Shown here piece by piece: positions 44,408 to 54,078 of a stretch of 57,373 bases of DNA. Positions within the stretch are counted from its first letter, which is position 1. The number at the start of each line of letters is the position of its first letter. Made by a program: the position numbers and the translations under genes. This DNA comes from Candidatus Pacearchaeota archaeon (lineage in GTDB: Archaea > Nanobdellota > Nanobdellia > Pacearchaeales > GW2011-AR1), in assembly GCA_018303945.1 (NCBI GenBank), contig JAGVXD010000007.1:1-57373 (forward strand). The letters run 5' to 3'. A model generated the notes under the pieces. The model saw only the letters and a list, made by a program, of their open reading frames with translations. It was not told the DNA's origin and made no database searches.

Positions 44408-44772
44408 TGAATTACCTTAATCCCATTGGCTTTGGGATTTTCTTTTATTTCCTGGCTAAGTGTGATAAGCTCCGACTTGCTCTTCTTGGCTTTCTCCCTT
44501 GCAGATGAAGAGAATGAGAGTGCGCATATCCTGACTTTTTTAGTTAAATCTCCAGTGCCTAAAACCTTTCCAGGAACAACGACTGTATCTCCTACTTTTG
44601 TTGATTTGTCAATAAATGAGAGATTTACCGATGCATAGCGACGTGTTGAAGATGAAAGCCTCTGCGCCAAAGGTTTCCAGGCCGGATTCTTAAGAGCAAG
44701 ATAAATTGTATCTGTAAGTGTGGGATTGGTCTTATTTTTCATCCTGTTCTTTATATATGTTCTGCTTATCAT
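44404..44772 (-). CDS. rpl18e: 50S ribosomal protein eL18 (L18e)
   Basis: KTNPTLTDTIYLALKN...VNLSFIDK...VVVPGKVLGTGDLTKKVRICALSFSSSAREK fits the L18e pattern and the operon position. Confidence 0.8.
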   Translation of the reverse strand: MISRTYIKNRMKNKTNPTLTDTIYLALKNPAWKPLAQRLSSSTRRYASVNLSFIDKSTKVGDTVVVPGKVLGTGDLTKKVRICALSFSSSAREKAKKSKSELITLSQEIKENPKANGIKVIQ

Positions 44773-44848
44773 GAAAAAACTATCTGATGAGGGTATTTAA
44801 ATGTAATCCTTGCGAAAGTATTTTATACCCTTGTACACACTAGTATGT

Positions 44849-45076
44849 ATGAGTAAAAGATTAAGGGTGAACATAACTGTCGATAAAGATTTGCTTGTGC
44901 AGGCAAAGAAAAAGCTCTCTTTATTCGGAGGGAAATTAAGCACGTTGTTTAACGCTTACTTGAGAGATTTTGTTGAGACAATGGACAAAAATTATTCTGC
45001 CGGGCAAAAGGACATGATGCAAAAAGTCAAGGATTTGGAAGAAAGGATTGGAAAATTGGAGAAGGCGAAGAAGTAA
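44849..45076 (+). CDS. ribbon-helix-helix small protein
   Basis: MSKRLRVNITVDKDLLVQAKKKLSLFGGKLSTLFNAYLRDFVE shows an RHH pattern followed by a coiled-coil tail. The internal ATG was chosen. No adjacent toxin gene. Confidence 0.5.
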   Translation: MSKRLRVNITVDKDLLVQAKKKLSLFGGKLSTLFNAYLRDFVETMDKNYSAGQKDMMQKVKDLEERIGKLEKAKK

Positions 45077-45127
45077 TAATATTGTTTAAATTCATTAATT
45101 CAATATTTACTCTGTAAAAAAGAGAAA

Positions 45128-45211
45128 TGCGGGGAAGAGGATTCGAACCTCCGCAAGCACTAAGCTACGACGGCCTTAACGTCGCCCGTTTGACCGCTCC
45201 GGCATCCCCGC
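45128..45211 (-). tRNA. tRNA-Leu, class II, anticodon read as AAG (unusual A34), no intron
   Basis: Minus strand: acceptor GCGGGGA/UCCCCGC, 3-bp D stem, anticodon stem CGACG/CGUCG with loop UUAAGGC. Long variable arm UAGCUUAGUGCUUGC, T arm GGAGG-UUCGAAU-CCUCU, discriminator A. Confidence 0.8.
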
Positions 45212-45252
45212 ATTAAAATTAAGATGAGAAATGCATTATAAAGGTTGCTATT
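45212..45252 (-). promoter_or_regulatory. second copy of the 41-nt tRNA-Leu TATA promoter block
   Basis: ATTAAAATTAAGATGAGAAATGCATTATAAAGGTTGCTATT is identical to 38159-38199. Confidence 0.6.
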
Positions 45253-45694
45253 ATAGTATTTTCGTTCTAAATAATCTTGGTGTAACTTCCAACAGCTCTC
45301 CATCTTTTGAGAAAATTGTCCTGGATTCTGAAAAATAATAAGGCAAATATGAAACATAGTCATGATGCGATATTTCAGCAAGATGCCTTAACAATCTAAC
45401 AATTCTTTGCAGTTGTCCTTCATAATTTTCTCCTGGAATTTTATTTACCAGTAAATATAAATCCTCTAGCGGGGTTTCTATGATGTCCTTGCCCAATACC
45501 AATTCACATAAATTTGCTTCTGGTTCTCCCCACCAGACATCTCTGCCTATTGTAATTGCTTTTGCAACATAAAAAGTTCCTTTATCAACTCCTTTCTCCA
45601 TAAGAAAATATGGTTTCCAATCAATCTTAAAATGTCCATCAATATTACCAGATTTAATTCTTGAAGCAATATCTGTAGTTGCCATACTATCCAT
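45251..45694 (-). CDS. hypothetical protein
   Basis: 147-aa ORF. Its stop abuts the tRNA promoter block. No motif recognised. Confidence 0.45.
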   Translation of the reverse strand: MDSMATTDIASRIKSGNIDGHFKIDWKPYFLMEKGVDKGTFYVAKAITIGRDVWWGEPEANLCELVLGKDIIETPLEDLYLLVNKIPGENYEGQLQRIVRLLRHLAEISHHDYVSYLPYYFSESRTIFSKDGELLEVTPRLFRTKIL

Positions 45695-45874
45695 AACTGG
45701 TTATAATGTAATTAAGTTTAAATAATTTTCTAGGATGGATAGCCAGGTATTAGATTTCGCTTCAATTGGGATTAACGACTATTAAAAGATATTAAAAGAG
45801 ATAGATATTCGTTTTATAAAAAGTAGATGATGTTTACTTTAAAACTTAGTTTTTCAACCTGATTTTATATCTTA

Positions 45875-46780
45875 TTACAGAGAACTGCCACTCCGTAAGC
45901 TATAAACAATGCAGTTATCTATATCCTGAAAGTTGCCGTTGTAAAAGAAGCCTATCGGGGAATTTACTTTTGATTCCAAGCTGAAAGATTCTGACTTAAT
46001 CGGCTCTTTGCGAAGTGGAGTGTCATGATGAAACTCATACGGAAGATAACTGTAAATGCAGCTCGTAGCATAAATTGATGTTCCTGTGATGAGCGCTCCA
46101 AGTGTTTTACGCTTAATTGGAGAGATAGCATTTATTTCATTATAGAAAATGCGTCGCCTTGTCAGCGAAGGTATGCCAAAAAGACGCTTATAAGAGTCTA
46201 CTGCAAGCCCCATGAAAGGTCCTGTAACAAATCCAATAAGGAATGCGTTTGATCCTCCAGTCAGTATCTTATCTAAATGATGCCCGGTAAAGCTGTAAAA
46301 TATTCCCGAGACAATTCCACTAAAAGCCGCAGTTATCATTGCGTCATGAATTATTTTGTATCTCTCTCTAGTATTATCAGTTATTCCGATCTTTTCATTT
46401 GAATATGAACGAAAAAGAGTGTAAAGCTTATTCAATCCTATAAATGATGCTGCGGCTACTAAACCTCGATTATCCATTGACTCTGAAGCGTAAATTGGTC
46501 TGCCTGCTTCTGCAAACTGCCAGAGATATGTTGAGCCTATATCTGTAAGGGCAATTAAAGGAGTTGCCACGCTCACTGCGCCCGTTGTTTCAGTTATGTG
46601 CTCTAAAAGACAACTAAATATTTTAGGTGGATTCTTTTCTCTTGGAGGCAAGGAGGAAGCCACATCCACTATAGCCCTTGCTGCAGATTGAACGCCGTGT
46701 GTATTGTCTCCACTGTTCTGTGAGATATTTCTTACATCTGTTTGAAAATTTGGCTTATTAGATAATACTCCCTCATTCAT
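45875..46780 (-). CDS. polytopic membrane protein
   Basis: 301 aa with a soluble N-terminal ~45 aa and then multiple Gly/Ala-rich hydrophobic helices. No motif recognised. Confidence 0.5.
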   Translation of the reverse strand: MNEGVLSNKPNFQTDVRNISQNSGDNTHGVQSAARAIVDVASSLPPREKNPPKIFSCLLEHITETTGAVSVATPLIALTDIGSTYLWQFAEAGRPIYASESMDNRGLVAAASFIGLNKLYTLFRSYSNEKIGITDNTRERYKIIHDAMITAAFSGIVSGIFYSFTGHHLDKILTGGSNAFLIGFVTGPFMGLAVDSYKRLFGIPSLTRRRIFYNEINAISPIKRKTLGALITGTSIYATSCIYSYLPYEFHHDTPLRKEPIKSESFSLESKVNSPIGFFYNGNFQDIDNCIVYSLRSGSSL

Positions 46781-47084
46781 AACAATTTAAGTTGATAAAA
46801 TTTAATTTATTATAGGTGGGGCACATCATTAGTTATAAATATTTTTCAATAAAAATAAATGTTGTCTGAATAGATACTACTGAATGCTGAATTTTTTATT
46901 ATCTGTAAATTTACTCGACTATTGACAAAAGAAACATTTATATATAAGATGTATTTATAAATAGCACTGCTTAAAAGCATCGTCGTAAAAGAGGCGAAGA
47001 CTTTGAAAAGGGGAAAATCGGAAATATTTAGAGGTTGCATATTGAATTTATCCCTTGGAATGATTTCTGTCTTTGATAATTACA

Positions 47085-47738
47085 ATGAATGACAAAACTC
47101 TCCTTATAGCTGCTGTTTCTCTCCTTGTTGGAGGATTTCTACTTATTGTTATAGCAGGACAGGCACAAATAGCTGGAAAAGTTGTTCAAGAAGACGCTCC
47201 TGAAGAAGATTCTTCAGATAATGTAAATGAGGTTTATGTTTGTTCAAGCGGAACATGCAACCCTGAAAGCGCAAGAGAAATATGTATAGACGGGAAATGG
47301 TCTGCTTGCCCTTCTGAACAGGTTTGCGTAAGGGGCTCATGCACAGTGCCAAAAAGTGGTGGTTCAAGCACTCCGTTTGTAAGCAGTTCTGGTTCATCGG
47401 GAAGTTCAGTTGTTACGACAACAACCAGCAGCACTCCAACAAGCAAAAGCATGACGACAAGCAGTATAGGGGAAATTGAAGGAAGCAAGACTTTAGAGGT
47501 GGGAGAAGAGATAATCAAATTTAATATGAATGGAGAATCTTATACTCTTCAAATTAATAATATTGAAACTACGAGTGCTTCTCTTGGGCTTAATGGAATT
47601 GATGCAATATTGAATGTCGGGGAAGAGAAAGGATTTGACGGCAATGGAGATAATACAAATGAGATAAAAATAAAGCTCAAGTCTGTTAATTTAGTCAAGA
47701 ATAAGATTAGCTTAATTGTGACGGAGGCATCCGCATGA
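47085..47738 (+). CDS. secreted/anchored small surface protein (N-terminal TM, Cys-rich knot, Ser/Thr linker, conserved C-terminal module)
   Basis: N-terminal helix LLIAAVSLLVGGFLLIVIAG, then the CSSGTCNPESAREICIDGKWSACPSEQVCVRGSCT cluster and an S/T-rich linker. The C-terminal ~90 aa are similar to the modules in the 30132 and 52690 proteins. The gene overlaps the next gene by ATGA. Confidence 0.6.
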   Translation: MNDKTLLIAAVSLLVGGFLLIVIAGQAQIAGKVVQEDAPEEDSSDNVNEVYVCSSGTCNPESAREICIDGKWSACPSEQVCVRGSCTVPKSGGSSTPFVSSSGSSGSSVVTTTTSSTPTSKSMTTSSIGEIEGSKTLEVGEEIIKFNMNGESYTLQINNIETTSASLGLNGIDAILNVGEEKGFDGNGDNTNEIKIKLKSVNLVKNKISLIVTEASA

Positions 47739-50700
47739 AATTTAACAAGCAGGTATGTTTAATGATTTTAATTTTCACATCTATAATTGCACTTGGCGGC
47801 TTAAGCAGCGCCAATACTTATGTTAGTGAGATATCTTTCTCTCTTCCAGATAGTGTTTATATAACTAATGAGAATATATCTTTTATTGGTACAATTTCTC
47901 AAGCAAACTATAGCACCAATGGAAGTTTAGTTTCATCTTCTGCATTAACATCCAATTCTAGTGTAAATGTAACAATACAGAATACTGCCGGAATTAATGT
48001 TAGTAATTATACTTTCACAACAGACAGCAATGGCAAATTTTATTCGTGGAGCCCATATTACATAGGCTCACAGCAAGTTAAAGCTCCTTCAGACTCTGGA
48101 GATTATTACATATTAATTGTTTATACGGATCCTAACATTACAAGGTGGTTTTCAAGGGTAGAAATTCAAGTGGTAAACTATACTATAGACACGGTAAGCG
48201 TTAAAACTCAAAAAGCAACTTATAATGCTGCAGAAAGCATAGTGGTTGAGGGTCAAGCACAAAAGACGATAGGGGATCAAGTGTTATATGTTAGTAATAT
48301 AACTGTAAATGGAAGCTTAATGAATTCATCTCTTAGCGTAATTGAAAGATTTAACTGCACTACCGGAAACAATGGAAAATGCAGTATATCTGTAACAGCT
48401 CCTTCTACATATGGGCAGTACTTTGTTGAATTAGATAACTTCAAAGCATTTACTTCTGTTTATGTCGTGCCTTTTAAATATACTCTTAGCTTGAAAGATG
48501 AGCTTGGAAAGTCTCCAAAAAGTATGTTTGCCCTTGGAGAACAAGCCAGCGTTGAAGTAAGCATAATAAATGCATCCTCGACTGAAAGCTATTCATTTTC
48601 AGGATATGTTATTGACTCATCTGGAAATGTTGTAAGTGTTATAAATTCCACCACTCTAAACAGCAACAACTCATTCACAAACATATTCACGTTTACTGTA
48701 GATGCATTGACTTATTCGTACAAAGCATATAGGGCTAGCGTAACTATAAGCAAAGTTGGGGATGGAAGCACATCCGCTTCTGCACCATTTGAGGTAAAAG
48801 ACTGGACTCTTGCATTAAATAAAAGAAGTTCAAATTCTGGATTTGAATATGAATATAGTACATTCCCTAACAAGACTCTTCGCTTTGAAATATATCCTAC
48901 TTGGAGATCAAACGGAAGCGTTATTCAGACTGTAAATGTATCCTTATTTTCTATAGCTTTGAAAGATTCCCTTAACAATGTATTGACTGCTGTAAACACA
49001 ACTTTCAATTCTAGCTGTGCCAATGATGGATGTTATGAGTTTTCAATTAACTCTTCTGGATTGCCAGGACAATATAAATTAAGCGTGACATTAGTTTATT
49101 CAGGAAGCACGCAAGTAAGAAGCGTCCCTATAAATGTTATTACTGGAGTAGCATCTGCACAGTCAACTGATAAAGAAGGAGCGATAAAAGAATTATTTGG
49201 CACCAATGAATATGTTTACATTTCTCTCTCTGCCTACAACATGACTGCGAGCCAATTTAATCTGTCAAATGCAGAATTAATCCTAATTCAATATATGAAC
49301 GGCACAGAGTTAAACTATACGAATGTTACTAATTTTGGCGATGTAAATGCAACTAATACTGCTTTTGAATGGGCATGGAATAGTACGGCTCAAAGACTAA
49401 AGCTTGACGTTCCAAAAGATGGAGGGATGTATACTGTGTATATATGGGGAAACAATAGAACACTTGGAACCAGCACTAAATTCATTGTCAATCCTTATGA
49501 TATCTGCACAAGTGCAAAGGACACTCCTGGAACTGTAAATTCAGGAAATTATTATGTGTGGCAGTTCAAGAAGACTGACCCAGTCTATTTTGAGTTCAAG
49601 ATTACCCAAGCAACTAATCCTTTAGGAAAAGCACTCGCTCAAAACAGCTCGACTAACAGCAGTTCTTCAGGAAGAGGTGCAGGATGCACTATAGACACGA
49701 CAACTAAACAAGCAGTGATAAATGCAACAATTACAATAGTTGAGGTTAAAAATTATGAATCTGGAGCATCTCAAAATATTAATGTAAGCGAATCTTCTTG
49801 CCAAGCAAGCGACAGTTCTGGAGGATATAGTTGCACCATTAAACCATTGACTAAATGGGATGGAGGAGTAAATACGGTAATATTTAAAGTACAGGGAGCA
49901 GATGGCACAACCTCTTTTGCAACTGGCAGATTTGAAGCAAGAGCTTTCTATATATATGGATATTCTCAAAATTGGCAAAATAGTCCGTCTAGTAACTTGA
50001 CATTGAATGTGCAAATATATGAAGCAGGAAGCAATTGGTGGAGCGGAGGAGGAACTGGAGGATTAGGAGGAACTGTAACAGTTAAGAAAGTAGAATATCA
50101 AGGCAGAGATGGAGAATGGATATGGCCTCCTGTTAGCTATGGTTATAATGTCTCTGCCCTTAATTCATCAGTTATAACTTCAGGTAGCGGGTCTATATCT
50201 CTTCCGGTTACTTACACTACTGATGGAACATGGAAGACAGGATATTATCGTGTACTATTGCAGGCAACAACTTCATCAGGAGACACAGATTATGGATATG
50301 CTTGGTTTGGGATTAAGCTCTGGGATGTATATGGTATGCCAATTGAATGCACTTCCACGGGATGTGCATATAAGAATTATTATAACTCCAAAGAAAATAT
50401 TACTCTTTATGTAAAGATATCCACTGCCGGAGACTATAACTATAACTCTCAAGGGGGACAGAGTATAGGCGGTAATGTTTCAATTGGTATAAAAAAGATA
50501 ACTGACTGTAGATTATGGCCTTGTAAGGAGCTAAATAGTTCTGACTATACTGCCAACACCCTTGTATTAAACGAGTCTAGTCCATGGTATTGGAGTGCTA
50601 ATTTACAAAATCAAAGCAAATATATGCTTACAATAAACAATACAAGAGGAACATGGAATACAGGATATTATTCTGTTGTTCTAGATGTTAATGGAACAGA

Positions 50701-52693
50701 TACTGGATATGCCTGGTTTAATACAATTGCATTTTATGTTGAAACACAGCCTACGAATAGCACTGGCACAGGATACAAATATAGCCTACGGGGCAGTGAG
50801 AAAGCTTATTTCAATGTAACTACTGTTAAAAGTTATAAGAACGGCTACTATTATAATGGAAATTATATAAAATATAATTTATCTGATTATATGAATGCAA
50901 CTATTGATTCTGTAATTCTTCGCGTTTGGAACCAATCATCTCAAAAACCAATAGAATATAGTTATCCTACACAGCTTAATGTAACTTCTCTTTCCTTAAA
51001 TGGAAGTTCACTTCTGAATATTAGTTTCCTTAATGGAAGCTGGCCAAGTGGATGGTATTGGGGAGAAGTAACTTTAAGAAATAGCGAAAATGAGACTTCT
51101 AATGGATACTTATGGTTTAGTGTTCGTCCATTCAGAGTTCAGGCATCATCTAGTTCGTATAGCATTGACAGCGACCAGTGCATAAATTCAACAATATCTA
51201 TATATGACCCAGACTGGTATTCTTCAACTCCTCTTGTAGGAAATTATTCAGTTATAAGCGTTTACGAGTATATATGGTCTGGAAGTGGAAGTTCCCAAAC
51301 AACATATACTAACTATACTTCTACTTCATTTAATGCAACTGGAAATATTACATTCTGCCCTAATAATGGCGCGTGGAGTGGTGGCAGCTGGGGAGGATAC
51401 CATTATCTAAATGTTGTTGTAAAAGATAATGTGCAGAATGATACAGAAGTTGGGTGGCTGTCATTCAGAACAATTCCATTCCAGATATCATGGGGAAGTG
51501 TTAATGGAGGAACAGGCAAAGCAACAAATGCTGCAATAAATGTACCTGTTACTCTAACGCGTTCTAGCGGAGGAAATGCTACCGGAAATCTAACTAATAT
51601 ATATCAATGGAGATATGATGCAAGCACTCAATACAGAAGCGTCAAAGAAAGCTATGTGTTTAGCGTTGGAAGCTGTTATTCAAATGTATCTTCTCAATGC
51701 ACAGTAAATGGGACGCAAAATGTTACAATATATGCTCCTTCATCTGGATGGAAGGTAGGTTATAATTATCTAAATGCTGATTGGGCAAAACAAAACGATG
51801 CAAGTTCATCTATACAAGACTGGAGCACTATATACTTTGAAGGAAGAGAAAGCTATAATGGTTATTTCTCAAATACCGACAGTAACGGAAACTGGAAGTA
51901 TTACTTTAATGAAACTCAAAATATAACGATAAAAATATTCGTAAGAGATTCAAATTATAATGGAATAGCCGCAAACATTACTGGAGTGTCATACTCACTA
52001 AGGAGCGGCAGTTGTTATAGTGAATGGTGCAGACAGTACACAAGTGCTACATGGGGACTTATTGGAGGGGGAGTACAAACTGCTTCCGATGGCACTGCTA
52101 TAATTACTATAAAAGCGCCTAATGGGTTGTGGGCACGCGGAGAATATGATATAAAAGCGACCATATCTGGAAGTTCAGGAACTGGTACAATAACGGGAAG
52201 CCAAGTCAAAGTTAGAGATGAGACATCTATAAATATAACAATTGTCTCTCCAGTAAACAACGCTACTTACAATAACGGAACATTCTTATGGAGCATGACA
52301 ACTACAAAGAATGCACAGTGTTATGTCTCAATATATAATTATTATAACTTCCATAACTGGAATTGTGGGGGATGGAATGTGACAAATTCATCCAATACTA
52401 CAAGTGTCTCGCCTCAAAAGATTGGGGCATGCAATACTACGTTATATACGAATTATAATGGGACAAGTTACTTTACATTCTATGCTTCAGACCAGTACAC
52501 ATCTAAATATGATGGGAGCACGTCTACATGGTCATCTGGCTCTACAGGACTCTCAACCGGAAGTACAAGCCATACATATACAGTAAATATAACTAACTGG
52601 ACTGTTCAATATTATGGATTGTATTCATATTGTTATGATAGTGATGGCAACTCAAACAATGAAGTTGCGGCTTTCAAGGTGCAACCATCATGA
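47735..52693 (+). CDS. giant (1652-aa) secreted, sequon-rich repeat protein; S-layer/cell-surface glycoprotein candidate
   Basis: Signal peptide. Very many N-x-S/T sequons. Beta-rich composition with a recurring domain-end motif G-x-W-x-[TS]-G-[YW]-Y...G-[YW]-[AL]-W-F...F-x-V. No TM anchor of its own. Confidence 0.8.
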   Translation: MKFNKQVCLMILIFTSIIALGGLSSANTYVSEISFSLPDSVYITNENISFIGTISQANYSTNGSLVSSSALTSNSSVNVTIQNTAGINVSNYTFTTDSNGKFYSWSPYYIGSQQVKAPSDSGDYYILIVYTDPNITRWFSRVEIQVVNYTIDTVSVKTQKATYNAAESIVVEGQAQKTIGDQVLYVSNITVNGSLMNSSLSVIERFNCTTGNNGKCSISVTAPSTYGQYFVELDNFKAFTSVYVVPFKYTLSLKDELGKSPKSMFALGEQASVEVSIINASSTESYSFSGYVIDSSGNVVSVINSTTLNSNNSFTNIFTFTVDALTYSYKAYRASVTISKVGDGSTSASAPFEVKDWTLALNKRSSNSGFEYEYSTFPNKTLRFEIYPTWRSNGSVIQTVNVSLFSIALKDSLNNVLTAVNTTFNSSCANDGCYEFSINSSGLPGQYKLSVTLVYSGSTQVRSVPINVITGVASAQSTDKEGAIKELFGTNEYVYISLSAYNMTASQFNLSNAELILIQYMNGTELNYTNVTNFGDVNATNTAFEWAWNSTAQRLKLDVPKDGGMYTVYIWGNNRTLGTSTKFIVNPYDICTSAKDTPGTVNSGNYYVWQFKKTDPVYFEFKITQATNPLGKALAQNSSTNSSSSGRGAGCTIDTTTKQAVINATITIVEVKNYESGASQNINVSESSCQASDSSGGYSCTIKPLTKWDGGVNTVIFKVQGADGTTSFATGRFEARAFYIYGYSQNWQNSPSSNLTLNVQIYEAGSNWWSGGGTGGLGGTVTVKKVEYQGRDGEWIWPPVSYGYNVSALNSSVITSGSGSISLPVTYTTDGTWKTGYYRVLLQATTSSGDTDYGYAWFGIKLWDVYGMPIECTSTGCAYKNYYNSKENITLYVKISTAGDYNYNSQGGQSIGGNVSIGIKKITDCRLWPCKELNSSDYTANTLVLNESSPWYWSANLQNQSKYMLTINNTRGTWNTGYYSVVLDVNGTDTGYAWFNTIAFYVETQPTNSTGTGYKYSLRGSEKAYFNVTTVKSYKNGYYYNGNYIKYNLSDYMNATIDSVILRVWNQSSQKPIEYSYPTQLNVTSLSLNGSSLLNISFLNGSWPSGWYWGEVTLRNSENETSNGYLWFSVRPFRVQASSSSYSIDSDQCINSTISIYDPDWYSSTPLVGNYSVISVYEYIWSGSGSSQTTYTNYTSTSFNATGNITFCPNNGAWSGGSWGGYHYLNVVVKDNVQNDTEVGWLSFRTIPFQISWGSVNGGTGKATNAAINVPVTLTRSSGGNATGNLTNIYQWRYDASTQYRSVKESYVFSVGSCYSNVSSQCTVNGTQNVTIYAPSSGWKVGYNYLNADWAKQNDASSSIQDWSTIYFEGRESYNGYFSNTDSNGNWKYYFNETQNITIKIFVRDSNYNGIAANITGVSYSLRSGSCYSEWCRQYTSATWGLIGGGVQTASDGTAIITIKAPNGLWARGEYDIKATISGSSGTGTITGSQVKVRDETSINITIVSPVNNATYNNGTFLWSMTTTKNAQCYVSIYNYYNFHNWNCGGWNVTNSSNTTSVSPQKIGACNTTLYTNYNGTSYFTFYASDQYTSKYDGSTSTWSSGSTGLSTGSTSHTYTVNITNWTVQYYGLYSYCYDSDGNSNNEVAAFKVQPS

Positions 52694-53997
52694 AATTAAC
52701 AATTTATCTTTTTGCTATTGCAGTAATGCTCTTGAGCACAAGTGTAGTTAGTGCTGCGGCAAACCTTGCAATAAATAGTTTCTCATGTACTCCAAGTGAA
52801 GTAGCTGTAAATGATGTTTTTTCGTGTACAGCCAGAATATACAATAGTGGAGATGCCTCTGGTTCCGTCAGTGAATTAAGACTTTATCCTGATTCAAATG
52901 ATTGGCTTGAGTCGTCCAATTACTTAGCTACCTCTGGCACGAGCGTAGGTACGGGGCAAAGCACGGATGTCACATTTACGGGGCTTAGAGCAACTAAAAC
53001 TGGATTAAATGGTTTTTCCCGAATAACCCTTGATAATGTAGATGACACTTATGTATCTAGTGGAAGTGTTGAAGACACAAATGTAATAAGCGTTGCTGTC
53101 ACCACAACTAATTCACGCTCTAGCGCTCCAACAGGAGATACATTTACAGTCACTCCTGAAGTTACTGCTGGAGGTTCTATTGACGTCACTCTTACTCTAA
53201 ATCTTGACTCTGGAGGATGTAGTATTGGAACTCAAAGTTCTGAAAAATCAACAACTGGATTGACAAATCAACAAAAATGGACGCCTACTGCATGGACAAT
53301 AACGCAGGGAGATAGCGGAAACTGTGTTTACACGCTCTCTGCAGCAGCTACTGGAGCAAGCGGTGTAGCTTCTAAGACCTCATCTGCAAGCAGTAGTGTT
53401 ACATGCAGTAACTGCACTTCTGCAAGCTCTTCAAGCAGTTCATCTTCAAGTGGGGGCGGTGGAAGCGGAAGTGGTGGTGGAGGAACTGGAGCAAGAGAAT
53501 TGAATGAGAGCATATCATATGATTTGGGCTCTGGAGAGAGTGCAACTTTCAAGTTTGGAGGAGTAAGCCATACTTTAATTGTGAGCAATGTAACTGATGT
53601 CCAGGCAGCTATTACAATTAAAAGCAAAGAGAAGACATTTATAATGCGTGTAGGAGAGGAAAAAATAGTGGACTTTGAAGATGATAATAAAAATGATATA
53701 TCTGTGATGCTTAAATCAATAAATATTCTGACAAAGAAAGCCAAAGTAATATTAACGCCGCTCTATATTCCTGAAACGCCTCAAGATGCAGAGAAAAGAG
53801 CAAGTGGGGATGGCGGAAAAGAAGGAAATGGTAAATCTGAAGAAAATCTCACTCCTGAAGAGAAAAAGAAGAGGGGAATCATAATAGCATTAGTTGCATT
53901 AATAATGATTATCGCAGGAATTATAATATTTATTTTCTATACAAAGAGACGTGTAAACGAGAAGATATTCCGTAAATCTGTTTATGTCAAGAACTAA
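52690..53997 (+). CDS. CARDB-like surface protein with Ser/Gly linker, conserved C-terminal module and TM anchor
   Basis: Signal peptide. N-terminal LAINSFSCTPSEVAVNDVFSCTARIYNSGDASGS is CARDB-like. SSSSSSSSSGGGGSGSGGGGTGA linker. Module shared with the S8 protease. C-terminal helix IIIALVALIMIIAGIIIFIFY plus a basic tail. ATGA overlap with the giant gene. Confidence 0.7.
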   Translation: MKLTIYLFAIAVMLLSTSVVSAAANLAINSFSCTPSEVAVNDVFSCTARIYNSGDASGSVSELRLYPDSNDWLESSNYLATSGTSVGTGQSTDVTFTGLRATKTGLNGFSRITLDNVDDTYVSSGSVEDTNVISVAVTTTNSRSSAPTGDTFTVTPEVTAGGSIDVTLTLNLDSGGCSIGTQSSEKSTTGLTNQQKWTPTAWTITQGDSGNCVYTLSAAATGASGVASKTSSASSSVTCSNCTSASSSSSSSSSGGGGSGSGGGGTGARELNESISYDLGSGESATFKFGGVSHTLIVSNVTDVQAAITIKSKEKTFIMRVGEEKIVDFEDDNKNDISVMLKSINILTKKAKVILTPLYIPETPQDAEKRASGDGGKEGNGKSEENLTPEEKKKRGIIIALVALIMIIAGIIIFIFYTKRRVNEKIFRKSVYVKN

Positions 53998-54012
53998 TTT
54001 GGTAAAATAATT

Positions 54013-54071
54013 AATCCTATCGCTCACTTCGCAGCAAGCTATGTGGTATAAGACCCATTTGGAGCAATAAA
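54013..54071. repeat. copy B of the intergenic repeat (core 54045-54068)
   Basis: See copy A at 33175-33224. Confidence 0.6.
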
Positions 54072-54078
54072 GAGGTTT

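Noticed and set aside
45818-45865. C/D-box sRNA (AGATGATGT ... CCTGA)
   Set aside because: Only ~25 nt separate the putative C and D boxes, and there are no internal D'/C' boxes. This is too short for an archaeal dual-guide C/D RNA, and the C box is imperfect.
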